Shown one piece after another: positions 14,291 to 29,559 of a DNA stretch of 64,000 nt (position 1 is its first letter; each line of letters opens with the position of its first letter). The stretch lies in contig CM022665.1 of NCBI GenBank assembly GCA_012295275.1, positions 46,500,001 to 46,564,000 on the forward strand. Direction: 5' to 3'. Under the pieces are notes generated by a model. The model was given only the letters and a program-made list of their open reading frames with translations, was not told the DNA's origin and did no database searches. The DNA is from Chrysomallon squamiferum (taxonomy: Eukaryota > Animalia > Mollusca). Made by a program: the position numbers and the translations under genes.

Positions 14291-16891
14291 TTTAACTACA
14301 AGTCAGGAAATGGCTATCACAGCCTATGTAATGTGGAATTTTCTGTGTAAAAATATACTACAGCTACTACTACTACTACTGCTACAACTGCTACTACTAA
14401 TACTAATAATACTAATAATACTTGTAGTTAAACTCATTAGCATTAAGCAGAGTTAATATTAATTATAAATACGTTGTGTTTGAAGATGAAACGTCTGTTA
14501 GAAGTCAGGATTTCATTACGTTTGCAAAAGAGATGTTCAAAAATACGTTCACAAGGAAATATGCATATTGTATTTTCACTTATATTTGTCTCTGTATGTG
14601 CGTATGTGTGTATATGTGTATGTGTGTGTGTGTGTGTGTGTACACGTTTGTGATTGTGTGTATGTTCGTTGTGTGTGTAGGCTTGTGTGAGTTTGTGTTC
14701 GAGTGTGTTTCTGCATGTTTTTAAGACTTACGTGATACAACTGATTATTCCCATTCTGTCGTTTCAGGGCAGATTTCGATCTGAAGTACTTATGGTGATA
14801 TTTAGCACAAATGTGGAATTTAATTTCCCAACCACACAATCACCTCCTTTTCATCTCTCCCCCTTCACTACTGCCTCATTCAAATAACACCACTAAAAAA
14901 AAAAAAAAAAAAAAAAACGTCACTGCAAATCATATCTCCATGGAAACGTAACTTTCTTCTCCGACACTGGAAAGTTCTCAGTCAGCACGAAGTGACGTAA
15001 AACACTTGTCATCATCTTTTAAAGAACATTTCCATAGTAACATAACTTTTTCTCCTTTTTTAAAAATTTTTTAAATAAAAGAAACAAAACAGTTCAAGGG
15101 TAGTTAACGGCTTCCAGAAATGAGTGTTCCCATAACGCTATGATCTTCGGGGGTGTTTTTTTGCCTGTTTAAGAATTTATTATCCTTCGTTCAAGAAGCT
15201 TTTTGATGGAGAGAGAAGGGAAAAAATTATTCATAGAAAGATACTGTAGAGCTGCCTACATATTATTATTCTTACACACTGCAGAATCCTTATGTTTTTG
15301 AAGAGATGGGAAGCGGGGAGTTAATGTTAAGCTGCAGAATAACAAAAAATAAATATCACAAACACTACTTCCTTGTATTTCTCTCTCTCTGAGACGAGAA
15401 AAGCTCGGTGTCTTGTTAACAAGATGTCAAAATATCCCCAGGATGTTTTTTTTCGTATTATGTCATTCTTTGTACTGCATTATGTGCTGTAGTTTCTTGT
15501 TTTCTTCTTCTTCTTTTTTTTTTTTTTGAGAAATCGAAGATGGAGAGAGTATTGTCCTTTAGTAAAACAGCTAATGAACGTCACCAAGGAAATATTAATT
15601 ACGATCCATAAAAGATTATCGCGAATTTACACTTTATTTCACTTGTCTTTAATACTACGCTGAGCCAGAAGAAACCAGAATGATAGTTTTACGAAATACG
15701 AAGAACTGTAGAAAAATAACAGAACCAAGATGTTGCTAGGCTAGAAAACCATTGCGCAGACGTCCTTGTCAAAGTTGTTTACAAATGATGCGACCATAAA
15801 AGCTGCAGGACTAAAACGAACATCTTCAACGGCAGCATCTGTGGTTGACGGTTCTGGTTTTAGGTGTGGGGGTTTAGTTGTAATGAAGTTTAGTAATCAA
15901 AGCTTGCCGAGGAGTTTCTCTCTTGAACCTCGTCGAGTGCTTAATGACGCTTATTTAACAAGACTATCGGCTCACATTTCATTATTGTCACATTACAGAG
16001 CTGACAACGGAACGTGATTCAATCAGGGCTCGCACACGTCCGTGCAGTTCGTGAAACGTCTAAAGCACAGGGTGAGAAGAAAAAAAAACAACAAAGTCGT
16101 GTGTAAGGAAAACATCATTTCAATTCATCGGACTGTTGTTTCACGTTCAGCCGTGCAGATAGTGAGATTACTGAAGTATAGAAGAGAAAAAAAAAAGAAA
16201 AAAAAAAAAAAGGTTGTGTGAGGGAAAATATCATTTCTGTTGATTGTTCTTTCACGTTCAACCGTGCAGTTCGTGCACTTGTCGTTAGTAGCTTTAAAAA
16301 GTCGAAATCATTTTGTGACTTTTTTCATAATTTTTTTATTTTCTTTCATTCTTTTTTTCTTCTTTTTTCTTAATTATATTTTTTTTTATATATATATTTC
16401 TTTTGAAACCACACTTCAGATTTACGAATCTGACAGAGAAATCTTTTTTGCGGAAATTGTTAACATTTAAGTTCCTGCATATTCTACTAAACTAATGGGT
16501 TGTTTTTTATTAAGAACGAAAGAAAGAAGAATTCCAAAAAGACAATGACGATGATGATTACGATGATGATGATAATGTTGTTGAAGACAATGATCATCCG
16601 CAGCAAAAATAAAAATAAAAATAATCTTACAGTTTTCTTGCTTGAATTTCTAAGTAAATATTTTCATAATTTAAAAAAGTTAAATTGTCGCTTCAAGTAA
16701 CACACTAATAAACTACATTTTTCTAAAAGAAATTTGAGTACAAAATGTATTTTCTAATATTTTCCAAGCAGGAGTCTCAGAAAAATTCAGTTCGTTTGAC
16801 AAACTCTTTTGTTTATGCCTTGATTTTTCTCCGTGGTGTTTCAGCAAATACTTTTTCAGAAACATTTCTTTTCTTTTCTAATATCTGACAC

Positions 16892-17009
16892 TGACGTCAT
16901 ACCAGAGGTCTCAAATGTAGCCGACGTCTTCAATCTACTAAATTCCAACATGTGACGGTGACGTCACGCCAGACGTCTCAAATGTAGCCGACGTCTTCAA
17001 TCTACTAAA
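16892..17009 (+). repeat. Direct duplication (67-bp period), each copy starting with a CRE
   Basis: tgacgtca…ccaga[g/c]gtctcaaatgtagccgacgtcttcaatctactaaa at 16892 and 16959. Confidence 0.9.
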
Positions 17010-17869
17010 CTGTTTTTGATCGCAGCTTCACCCTGGATACCCTCCTGTAATTATCACAAAGCATTCTCATCCACGAGAAAGGGTCCCATTCATAATGATT
17101 ACCAGGAACCCAGATAAGCAATGAACGTATCGGTTTCGTTTCAGACGCAATTAAAAAACTGACCCGTGCTTCGAACAAGAAACTGCGGACTTGGGCGAAA
17201 AACGAATCCAGAGCATCGTTTATTAAGTTAATAAGAGAAACATGTCTGAGGATGTCGTATTGCTCTTTTCCCCGGCGGAGTCTAGAAATAATTTCGGGGT
17301 TAATCGAATTCGACTTCAATGCTGTTACTAATACGTCTTTCGAAGGTGAAAAAAAAAAAAAAAAAAAAAAAAAAAACGTCGACTCTTCGATTTAGTACCT
17401 AAAAACTTAAAAACTGCTCCATTTTGGCTTTGTAATAATCGTTTTATACTAAACCTGGACCAATATATATCAAATTCTGTAAACTAAAATGTTCGATAAA
17501 AGTCGGACGCGTGAATCAAAACAGTGTTATGAGATAAAACCCCGTGTATTTGAATGTGAACACGAATCAGTATTTTACTGTAACAGGTCCAAAAAAATTG
17601 TAGTAAGGATGAGAAACATTTTGGGTATCATTTTGTCTGTGTAAACCCATTGTTGATGTTGCTGTTGTTTGATGGTAGAGTGGTAACATCTGGTTATTTA
17701 AAGATTAAATTAAAAATAAAATATATTTTTGATATTGGAAATGTCACGGAGATTCAAACCTTGAATGGTTTACTCTTACTACGTTCTTAAGATGTGTTTG
17801 AACGTGCAAAGAACAGGGAAAAATACAAAACAACAAACAAACAAATAAAATAATAATAATAATAATAAC

Positions 17870-17900
<31 letters not shown>

Positions 17901-19573
17901 ATAATAATAATAATAATAACGATAATAATAATAAGAAGAAGAAGAAACATATTTATTTAAGTACAAAGTCATGCTAAGTCACAATCTAATAAACATTTGC
18001 AATATTAGTTTTAATTGAAACCATCTAACTTTAAGGTTGGCCACTGCACATATATATCTTATATATATATTTAATTATCGTGAAGCATACCATATATAAC
18101 AATACCATGTGAAAAAGCAATTCCCATTGTTTATAAAACAACGAGACTGTTGGCTTCTGTGACGCTTAAAAGAGTATCAAAGAAAATATGGCTAGAATCA
18201 GTGTAACGTACAGTAACAAACATCAGAATAATTATATGAAGTGGGGTACATAGGCTTTATAGAGATTTTATCAAATACTTCCTTCGAAATGGATAGATTG
18301 CAAATCAGCCGTTCTGCAGTCGAATGTCCTATTAGTAACCTTCCTAATCATAAGGATATATAAAAAAAAGAAAACGGAAAAAATATCTGTTAGTGATACA
18401 GAATGTTAAAGCAATTGGACATTTGTTGATATCACGCGTTGCGCTTGACGAGTGTGTAACGTCGTTTAGCACGGCTATTTCCCCAACAACAACCAAACAA
18501 CGACCTTTTCAATTGATTTGCTCGGATCATCTGCAACTGGTGTGAGCAATTACACCAGTCGAGTCCTATAATTAGAACGACCAGTTTATTTCCAGACTTA
18601 GCTTCGCACTCCTAGTTCCACTGGTAAAAAAAAAAAAAATGTCCTGATCTCCTTATTTTCCGGTAGGCTTGAGACGGTCTAACGTCTGCCAATTAAAACC
18701 ACGCACTCTCTTTTCTGATGGCATTTTCTCCAAGTAGACATAAAATATTGATAACTCACTCACAGCAGCAAATACAAGAGGAAAATTTCCTAATGAAAAG
18801 AGCTTTACAGTGAGTTCGTTTCTCCTTGTGGAAGTTTTATGACTGCTATCAAACAAACACCGTCGACTTGTTCCCGCCCGCGGTCCTGACTGACAGGGCA
18901 GAGGAGAAACCTTTTCTGAGCAGACGTCACCGCGCTTTCAGTTCTGCTAACGTGTCAGTAAAGGCAGATAACTCTGACGTGATAGACAACTCTCTGAAAG
19001 GGCTGATTGTTATCGGCGATATGTGCGAAATATGTACAACACGAAGTTTTAAAACTGTATTGTGATGGTTTGGGGTTTTTTTGGTTATTTTTTTTTTTTT
19101 TGTCTGCGTATGCGAGAGTGGGTTGGCGAAACCTTTCACTGACTTGTCAGAAAGGTTGTAACACAGGATGACAGCCGTGTGCACAAGTTCAGAGGTCAGT
19201 GGTTACATCTCTTTGTAGTGTTAGGGCGTTTGTTAATGAAATAGAGTTGTCAGCATCTGAAACTCAGAGTCTGATACAAATAAATAAATAAACAAACAAA
19301 CAAACAAATAAAGAAACAAAAACAAATAAATAAATAAACAAATAAACAAACAAATATACAAGTGAACAAACAAACAAATGAATAAAGAAAGAAAGAATAA
19401 ATAAATAAGCTGAAAGCTGAATGGAAAAAGGACGATTGTGTAATTATATGAGAAAGAAAGACAGAGACGTAAGTACAAAGGCGGAGAAACAGATACAGAC
19501 ATTAAAATGAATGAAAAAGTTAAAAAAAAGAAAAAAAGACGTAAGAACACAAAAATTAGTTCAGCGAGTTAAA

Positions 19574-19678
19574 TTACATACTGACTGGATCAGCAGTGTT
19601 ACATACTGACTGGATCAGCAGTGTTACATACTGACTGGATCAGCAGTGTTACATACTGACTGGACTGGATCAGCAGTG
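19574..19678 (+). repeat. 25-bp tandem repeat x4
   Basis: Unit ttacatactgactggatcagcagtg. Confidence 0.95.
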
Positions 19679-19928
19679 AAGACGTTTGAAACACAGAGAA
19701 AACTTTCTTCTGCTGTATTTAATTACAATTTACAGACGTCGACAAATTATCCAGTTTGTCTCAGACGCTGCAAATCCCTTCAAATCATGTTCTGAAACAA
19801 AACAAAAACACGTCAGTCGAATATTACAGTGTGTACTGCCATTAACATCTACGTCTGCGAAACATCAACTGAAATTTAATTATTTTAATTTTTCATTTAT
19901 CTTTTTTTTTATTTTTTTTTATTTTTAG

Positions 19929-20067
19929 AACTGGTAACGCGTCACAAAAGAACGTAGCACACGATGAACAAGATGAAGAGCTTTGGCTGAAGAAGATCTT
20001 TGCAGAAATGGGACGCACCGTTCAGGACAGAACCCACGACATACCGCACCACGCGACAAAGCGTTGA
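19929..20067 (+). CDS. Candidate orphan terminal coding exon
   Basis: Long T tract + AG at 19927-19928. Only the phase-2 frame stays open: TGNASQKNVAHDEQDEELWLKKIFAEMGRTVQDRTHDIPHHATKR*. GC higher than flanks; no recognisable family. Confidence 0.3.
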
Positions 20068-21139
20068 AGTTCTCGGCTGTGGACGAACCAGTTCCAGACT
20101 CGCGATGAATCAGTATTAATAACAGAAACTGTACAACGTCTCGGCCGTAGATAACACTAATTCTGTCAACTTTAAACGTCTGAAATATCTCCACCACCAT
20201 TCCAAATTAGACTTACAGAGAATTAAGTTAAGTCTTTGCAGTCTGATTTCGAGGTTTAAAGAAAACTTCCAACTACAAAAGCCAGCCAATTGACGTGCTG
20301 TTATTACATTTTGCGAATCAAGATACCATAGAAAACCCGTCTACGGCTGGACGATGTTTAAAAATAGTACTCATAAGTGTTAAAAACAAGATGGCTGCGA
20401 TAATACGTCATATCCAGTAAAATTTACTGTCTGAAGATGAAAACAGAAGAAGTTAGAATAGTTACCTTTGGTCATGCATTCCATTCATACTGGCAATGTT
20501 AAGTGGTTTATAATTAATCATAAACTAATGACAAAAAGTGAGGAATAGTTAATTCTTAATTAAAAGAACCTTAAGCTACGTAAGTTAAAAACCACACACA
20601 CACACGTCCCCACACAGACACACACATACATATGTGTGGTGGGTGTATGTGTGTGTAAAAGTTACCAATATAAAATTGTTTTACAGTACTTCAGGTTAAT
20701 ATATTACATGAAAACCAGTCGTTATATCTACGAAATTAAGATATATATATATAGGAACGTTAAAGAAAACACATTTTCAAATTCTGTAATAACGACATCA
20801 AATAATTATTTTACTTTAAGCAGAGACAACAGACGCGTAGCTGCTCGTCGGATACTTTAATATCTGCCGCAGACAAGAGTGGATCTAATAATCCTCAGAA
20901 TCGGGTCTTGCTAAATCCAAAACCGTCTTTGATCCGTCCTTGCATACGAAATCCAGTTAACAGTCTTTGTTCGTTTAACGTCTCGTGATGTCCGAGCAAT
21001 TTAAATACTGAAGGAAATTCAATCCACAGCAGATGAGGCGAAATAATTTCTATTTGTGTCTCAGCTGAGATTAGATAACTCGTGTGACAGTACCAGCAGC
21101 AAGTCCGGGGAGAAAATTGGACATTCCAACATGTATGTA

Positions 21140-21270
21140 ACCAATCAAGCAGCCGGTAATACGCTGCCAATTACATGGGCGAGTGACCGGTCGATCGGCA
21201 GGAAGTGACGTAAATTAGATTTTCAGCTGACCTATTTATCGGAAGCTGGCTGTGACGGTCGGTAACGACA
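21140..21270 (+). promoter_or_regulatory. Promoter-like element: two CCAAT boxes and ETS/CRE composite
   Basis: CCAAT ~21141 and ~21167, CAGGAAGTGACGT ~21199-21211, possible donor CG|GTAACG ~21262. Confidence 0.35.
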
Positions 21271-21281
21271 GGCGGTGTGTT

Positions 21282-21552
21282 TACGACTGGTCGTAGAGAG
21301 AACGGTGAGAATATGAAGTCAGTGTTCGCAGATTTCGTGTTACAGATACGACTGGTCGTAGAGAGAACGGTGAGAATATGAAGTCAGTGTTCGCAGATTT
21401 CGTGTTACAGATACGACTGGTCGTAGAGAGAACGGTGAGAATATGAAGTCAGTGTTCGCAGATTTCGTGTTACAGATACGACTGGTCGTAGAGAGAACGG
21501 TGAAAATATGAAGTCAGTGTTCGTAGATTTCGTGTTACAGTTACGACTGGTC
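21282..21552 (+). repeat. 65-bp tandem repeat x4
   Basis: Unit tacgactggtcgtagagagaacggtgagaatatgaagtcagtgttcgcagatttcgtgttacaga, starting with palindrome TACGAC-TG-GTCGTA; no unique spacers. Confidence 0.97.
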
Positions 21553-21865
21553 GGTACAGCTTGGACCATGTTATAGTGTGAAGTGATGGCGGTCAATGTT
21601 TCAGATCGCTGACCGAGTCTTCATTATAGCTTGTTTCTGAGAATTAGGCCTGTGTCAGACAGCGCAACGTCTTGAATGGTTGCGACCCCAACACAATGTG
21701 CTTTACAATAGATTGTGACAGTGTTTTAATGCAAAACGTAACCTATGTGATGTTTGTCTGTTATACCAAAATTATACACGGTGATAATTTCAGATGTTAT
21801 ATTAACTAAGAAAAGATAAATAATTTTTTCCTGTATCCTGGTCTTTCTTTATTATTTTTATTTAA

Positions 21866-21932
<67 letters not shown>

Positions 21933-23106
21933 TTAATAATAATAATAACAAACTAAAATTTGAAATATATATTTAATTGCATGAATTTTTTTAATAGCTA
22001 CAATATTTGTAATTCGGAAACAATTCTTTTCTAAGACATATCAAAATACAAATTATTTAGTAATCAAAATAAGACTGAATCCTCCAAAAATAATGTTCTA
22101 ACCTTCTTTAAATTTTAATAATGTGGAAATAAATACAATCAATAAACGAATAAAGAAATAAATGCCAGTTTCATTTGACATTTACGAAAACCTTGTAGAC
22201 TTGCCATAAACTAAAAAAACCACGAACATTTAGGATTGTTGTTTACCCATCGGGTTATTCTGTGAATAATTTTGTGGCTGTGTAACAACTGATATCTCTT
22301 AATGATTCAGAACGTAGCTTGACAAATGGCAAATAACGTACAGAGTGACGTTTTAAATAGTTTGATTCGGAATTACAATAACCAGTCAGTTTACGAACAC
22401 TTTCTGGTCTGTTTTGGTGAACACAACTATTTTCTGAAAAAAAAAACCGAAATGCTTAAAGATGAATAAGTTAAGACAAAAAAAAAAAATCTATGAATTA
22501 TTTAACAAAGAGATCAATAGAGCTATTTATATTCTTGTTTCTTAGTGAATAAAGATTACAGAATATTTAGATATGCTTTAACTCAAATTTTTTTAGTTTT
22601 CTTATTTTTCTACGCAAACCAGTCAAACTCTGTGTGTGTGTGTCATCTGCTTTTTACAGATCTGCTCGGTGTTCGCAGATATTTGGTGTGTTGGAGAAGT
22701 CTCAGAAGGCCTCTTAGTTTGTCTCAGTCTTTTATAGGTTTTCTATCTCGGTTAGAATATTCAGTCGTGTTCGGCATTCGGGATTAACCTTGAAATCATT
22801 CCAAGCAGAAAACGAAACGAGGATGAAGTTAACAACCAGGGGAAAAAAAAAATCCCAGCAAGAGGGTCGATGACTGACAGGATCTCGCATTGTTATTCAT
22901 AAACTACTCCCACACATAAACCGAATGCTGCCCAAAACAGTTTTTTTTTGTTGTTGTTGTAAAAAAACAAGCAAACCAGTTTAGACACTGTGGATAATTA
23001 GAGGTTAAGCCACAAGAGGCTGTACCTTTATATACAACCCAAATACAAAAGTTAATTACAAAGACAAGAAGAAAGTGCAAATATATATATATATATATTT
23101 TTTTAA

Positions 23107-23216
<110 letters not shown>

Positions 23217-23399
23217 ACTAACATACATGGATACCCAAATGGCATTAAATTTATACTCTATATATAGACAGGTTAGGGTGTAAAGTCATTTGTTTTAGAG
23301 CCTCGAATCACTCTGTACTAAAAAAATCTCTTCCTGCAGACAAGAGAGTAAACATGACAATTTTCTGATGCGCTGATCGCTTGATGGAAAGACAGAGAG

Positions 23400-23500
<101 letters not shown>

Positions 23501-25481
23501 AAGAGAACAAGAGAACAAAAAAGACGAAAGAAAGTAACAAAAAATGGGGATATCTTCCACTAACAAAAGAAACTACAGGAACGAGAGTAATTTTAATTTA
23601 TCTTCATTAACTGTTAAATTCCAAGCTTCACCTCGCTGTCGTCTGACTACCTGATTTCAGTAACAGTTTTAATGGTGGGTACAGATTAAGCAGATACAAA
23701 CCGCAGTGTTTAGTGCGAGTTAAATGAACGGTGGGTAGTTAGACAAGACGTAAGATTTTCCTTCATCACTATAAATATCGTCGAGTGTTTCCAATCAGCA
23801 GTAAACCAGGAAAAAACCAGGAGGACAGGAATGATGTCGGAGTTCTCCGACTTTGCAGAGAGATGTGTTTGTTTTTATCTCAAGTTGAATATGTTTTCTT
23901 TCGTGTTTGTGTTTGTGTGTGTATGTATGTTTGTGTGTATGTATGTATGTATGTATGTATGTATGTATGTATGTATGTATGTGTGTGTGTGTGTGTATGT
24001 ATGTGTATATGTATGTATGTATGTTTGTATATGTGTATGTATGCGTGTGTATGTATGTATTATGTATGTATGTATATGTGTATGTATATGTGTGTGTATA
24101 TATAATTTGTATGTATGTATGTATGTGCGTATGTGTATGTATGATTTTGAAAATGTTATTTTATTTTCTTACTTACTTGTTTGTTTGTTAGTCTGGTTGT
24201 TTATTTGTTTATCCATTCATTTACTCACTATTATTATTAAAAGATATTTAGAAGGAATCTTGTCTGTTAATTGTTTTTGTTTTTTTCTGTTTGCCTAAAA
24301 ATGTCAAATGTATATCATCTTGTACTTTTCTAACAACATACTGTAAATTAATTCACAATAAACAACACTTTCAAACGTGCCAGTGTGTATCAATAAAATT
24401 CAGTTAAATTTAACGGAACTCGTCAGCGATAGAGTTATCGAACTTGGCGGTCTTGTTCTTCCGCGCTCCAGTTAATTATTAAACCCAACGAAAAATGTGG
24501 GAGGAGGGTTTATTAGTATTACTGTTATAATTTTTTTTTTACTGTAACAGTAACAGGTCCATTAGGAAAAGATTTAGCATTTTATTGTTTGAAATAAAAC
24601 AAGAAATGTTACGGACAGAATTAGACACGAATGTTAAAGCAGTAATAAAAGCTCATTTCCATTTCTTTTTCCCCCTTGTTTTTATTTTTATTATTATTAT
24701 TAGAGAATTCCATTAGGCGTCACTTTTGTAACCGGGTTATTGATAAGAAATAATTCTCCGTACTTATCTCGACAATATAAATCAGAGCCCAGCAATATAA
24801 TTTCTCTAAACTGGACTGATCCGTTTTCCTAGTTAAAGAAATTTCTTACACGACGAATAAAACCGAATCCAATCATAACCGTTCATTTTAGAAGGCACGT
24901 TTAAGCTCTCCCGGTATAAGCGATGCGATCCCTTTGGGAGTTCGGTCCTTGCTCGTCTTGTCTGGTGTAGGTCACGTGACGTCTTCGTTCGCTGATTGTT
25001 TCCATTAAGCACCCGACGAAAATCTGAATTTTCCTTTTTTCTCTTGCAGCAATGAAAACCATCAATATTGGCGCAGCGAAAAGGGGAACGCCGTAATCAC
25101 ATTAGACCGTTTTGAGGTTGAGAATTCTTGTTAATCTCCGCAATCGGTTCTATCTCTTGAGCCAACACAGAGGTCGAAATCTAATCGCCCCGTTGTTGTG
25201 TAATCTTTTTTTTCAGATGTAGTTTTAACCGAGGCAGATAAAAAAAAAAAAAAAAAACATTCAGCACGTCAATGACTTGAAAATCCCTGTCACGCTACAC
25301 ATCCTACTGTATCGTCATTTTTAGTTTTATCTGATTTTGGTTTTTTTGTCTCTTTGTCTGTCTGTTTAAATTTCTGTACATCGCTCTCTGGTTTGTCTGT
25401 CCATCAGTTTATCTATCTGTTCTTCCATCCGTCCGTTTATTCATTCATCCTTCAGTCTATCCATATATCCATTCGTCTGTG

Positions 25482-25566
<85 letters not shown>

Positions 25567-26463
25567 TATCAAATGTAATTTGTATTTTTCCTGTCTGTCT
25601 GTTCAGTCTTTATTTGTCTTTTTCTGTCTGCTTGTCTGTAAGTTTGACCTTCGTTTCAATCATCCATCGTCGCATTTTTTCCATTTCTTCTTCACTTTTT
25701 TTTTCTTCTTTTTTTCTAATACAACACTATTGCTAGCTCATCACTTTTTCTTCTTCTTCTTCTACGTTTGGCTAATTAACTTTTTTTTTTAGTTTTTTTT
25801 TTTTTTTTCTTTTACGTTTGGCTAATTAATTTTTTTTTTTAGTTTTTCTTTCTTATTTTCCGTCCTTCATTTTTTAGTTTTTCTTCTTCTTCTTTTTTTT
25901 TTTTCTAACTAGTCATTCGACAAGCTTCTTCTTCTTCTTCTTCTTCTGTTTTTTTTTCGGACTATTAAACAAGAGTGTAGCGTGGGCTAACTAATCAGCT
26001 TCACTAGAGACTGAACAACTTTTTTTTTTTCTTCTGGTTCAAAAAACTGTCTTCATATTTCAGACACACCATTAACCACAGTCTGAGACGAATTAAACTT
26101 TGCAGACGTTACTCTGCAACACACAAACTCTATTTAAAAAAAAAAAAGACCTCATCTTTTCATAGGCACCAGGGTTGATTCCCTTTGCAGGTGTATACGT
26201 ACTGTTTACCGTCTCAACTAACGCTCGGTAAGTAAATCACACACACACAAAAACAAATTATGGTATATACTGTCCTGCCTCTTGTGCGGTCTATAAGAAA
26301 GATGTGTTTTTGCTACTAATGGAATATTTTTGCGGATTTACTTGCGAAGACTGTCTGTTAGAATCAGCAAATGTTTGACTTCGGTAGACAGCTCGGAAGT
26401 CTTAGACAGACATATACATATACAAACAGATAGACAGACTGATAAACAGACAGACATGTAGAT

Positions 26464-26561
<98 letters not shown>

Positions 26562-26786
26562 TTCGTGACGATTATGATGAAAACAACAATAGGAAGCATG
26601 TTTTAGTATCAGAGCTTGATTATAATAATAATAATAATAACACACACACGCACTCACAGACTATAATAACATACACACACACTTATCTGAGCTAATGACG
26701 AAAGTAATTAAAACATGAAGACGAAGAGGTGAAGTGAAATAAATGCGTTAGAGAAACCAGGGTGCAACACGAACTTTATATTATTA

Positions 26787-27360
26787 GTCAAGTATAAACT
26801 GGTGTTGTAAAATAACACAGTTATTAACATTAAAACATTCAGTCAGGTGTAAACTGGTGTTGTAAAATAACACAGTTATTAACATTCAAACATTCAGTCA
26901 TGTTTAAACTGATGTTGTAAAACAACACAGTTATTAACATTCAAACATTCACTTAAGTGTAAACTGGTGTTGTAAAATAACACAGTTATTAACATTCAAA
27001 CATTCAGTCAAGTGTAAACTGGTGTTGTAAAATAACACACTTAATAACATTTAAATTGTAAACTGGTGTTGTAAAATAACACAGTTATTAACATTCAAAC
27101 ATTCAGTCAAGTGTAAACAGGTGTTGTAAAATAACACAGTTAATAACATTCAAATTGTAAACTGGTGTTGTAAAATAACACTGTTATTAACATTGAAACA
27201 TTCAGTCAAATGTAAACTGGTGTTGTAAAATAACACAATTAAAAACATTCAAACATTCAGTCAAGTGTAAACAGGTGTTGTAAAACAACGCAGCTAATAA
27301 CACTGAAACATTCACTCGAGCGTCAACTGTTGCTATAAAATAACACGGCTATTAATATTT
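26787..27360 (+). repeat. 55-bp minisatellite, ~11 copies
   Basis: Unit gtcaagtgtaaactggtgttgtaaaataacacagttattaacattcaaacattca, with some shortened copies. Confidence 0.96.
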
Positions 27361-27399
27361 AAACTGCTGAGTGAAGTGAAAATCTATTGATGTACTTAC

Positions 27400-27902
27400 C
27401 CTCGTCCAAACAGAACTCTCCACTTCGCTCGGTAGAATCCAACAAGAAGGGAAAAAGAAAAACCAACAAAACTAAGTGAAAACTCCGAAGACGAAGAAGA
27501 CGAAGAAGAAGAAGAATTGTTCCGAATTCGCACGAGTAACGCACAAAGCCCGAGACAAGATCAACGGCTGAGTCTGCATTCGGTTCATCACGGGAGCGAT
27601 ATTTGTGCTTTTAGCCAAATAAAGAATCAATTAGTCTTTTTCATTGACGGACTTCGGCCAATAAACGATCAAGACGTGATCCAAAGAAACACACACACAC
27701 ACACAGAGTGGGAGGGAGAGAGAGTGACAGAGAGACAGAGAGACAGAGAGTGAGAGCCTTGAGCGACTAGTCACGAATACAGACACAATCGTTCTCGCAG
27801 GAGAAGAAACGGTTGCGCCACTCGGTGTTGTTGTTTGTGAACGAGAGAGGAGAGTTCGTTCTTAACCGCTGCTCCCAGGCAGAACGGAGCGCGAAGTGTG
27901 AA
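27400..27902. promoter_or_regulatory. Candidate bidirectional promoter with outward-facing first exons
   Basis: CpG-rich; minus donor GAGG|GTAAGT (exon ends 27400), plus donor GAA|GTAAGA (exon ends 27902), CCAAT ~27658. Confidence 0.4.
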
Positions 27903-27913
27903 GTAAGAGTTTC

Positions 27914-28142
27914 GAGAAATCGGCTAGTCGGAGTTAGATCTGAGAAATCAGCTAGTCGGATCTGAGAAATCAGCTAGTCAGATCTGAGAAATCAGCTAGT
28001 TGGATCCAAGAAATCAGCTAGTTGGATCCAAGAAATCAGCTAGTCGGATCCGAGAAATCAACTGGTCGGATCCGAGAAATCAGCTAGTCAGATCCGAGAA
28101 ATCAGCTATTCAGATCTGAGAAATCAGCTAGTTAGATCTGAG
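27914..28142 (+). repeat. 22-bp minisatellite, ~10 copies
   Basis: Unit gagaaatcagctagtcggatct. Confidence 0.95.
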
Positions 28143-28272
28143 TTAAAACTGATCTAATAATTATTTATGTAAAAAAATTCAAAAATAAAAAAAATAAAAT
28201 AATAAAAATAATAATAAAAGTTTAAATTTAAAAGTGATGTGAGTTAAGACCTGTGAGGAAAAAAACAAAACA

Positions 28273-28306
<34 letters not shown>

Positions 28307-29559
28307 AATAAAAATAATAATAATAATGATGATGATGATGATGATGATGATGATAATAATATAAATTAAATAAATTAAGATAAAATGTAAAAAATAATGA
28401 TAATAACAGTAATAAAAGTAATAATAATAATAATAAATTAATTAATTAAAAATATAAAAAAATTATTAACTGTTGCCTTAATGTTACAGCTGTGTAAGAT
28501 AAAAGAGATGATATTAATTACTTTATTTTGAAATATAATAAGAAAAAAAAAACCAGAAAGCAAAACTTCAATTGGTTATACTGTTCTGAAAAAGAAGAAG
28601 AAGAAGAAGAAGAAGAAAAAAATAAAAATAGAAAAACGGTTGGTAACTTCTAACAAATGGAACAAAGCTGAGATAATTATATTTTGTTTCCACTTTTGAA
28701 GAAGAAAGAAAACAGAAAAAAAAAAAAAAAAAAAAATTGAAAATGCTTTGCAAAACTATTATTAAGAAATTTGCGAATGAATTATAACTATTTAATTAAC
28801 GACAGTTTAAAGATAATTTCATGTAAACGTTTCGTTATCGTCGTAGCTGTTCAAATAACCGTTATGAACAACAGGAAACGTTGCTGCTGCCGTTTCATGT
28901 ACTACTTCATCACTTTTAAACAAATTAACCTTTACTTGCTCTTTACATTAGGAAAGGAGATGTCGGCTTAAATAACGTATGAGCCTGTGGTTAGAACTGG
29001 AAAATAGTCCAATAGGTGGAACAGAGCGGTTTCAATCTTTCTACATACCACACATCAGTTTACATCCCACTTAGCACATTTGTAAAAAGTCGTGTTTAAT
29101 TATTTTCTGTATGGGAGAAGGTACATATAAATTATACTTTATTGCTAATCGAAAAAGGATAGACTCCTGGTTGTTCCTGGTTATCTGTGTTGTTATAGCC
29201 TACTGAGTGTCGTTGAAGCTTTTTTCTCTCTTTCTGTCTGTGCAGTCCCCAGCTACGACATTGGCGCCACGTAACCACGAATGGTCAGTAAATAGCGAGC
29301 TTTTATATTCAATTTATTTTATATCTTTTTTAAAATGCTGTGAAGATAAAGGATTTTAGACAGAATGCAAATAATATATAATATCATGTTACTCAATAAT
29401 ATTTAAAAAAATATATATATATATATTTAGCGCTAAGTGTAACACGCTAACGTATCAAACGATGCCAACTTAATACTATCAATGGACCCGTCCCCACGTG
29501 GTTTGTCCGCTCCTGGGTTTATTAAAACTTTTAAAAAACGACAGACGTATCAATTCCCT

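Noticed and set aside
17005-21170. Non-repetitive minus ORFs at 17005-17319, 19925-20200 and 20895-21170
   Set aside because: No recognisable motifs or flanking splice sites; more consistent with GC-richer regulatory DNA or an antisense shadow.
21282-21552. CRISPR-like look of the palindromic 65-bp repeat (also the 40-bp and 54-bp arrays)
   Set aside because: Head-to-tail units with no unique spacers, no cas genes, eukaryotic context.
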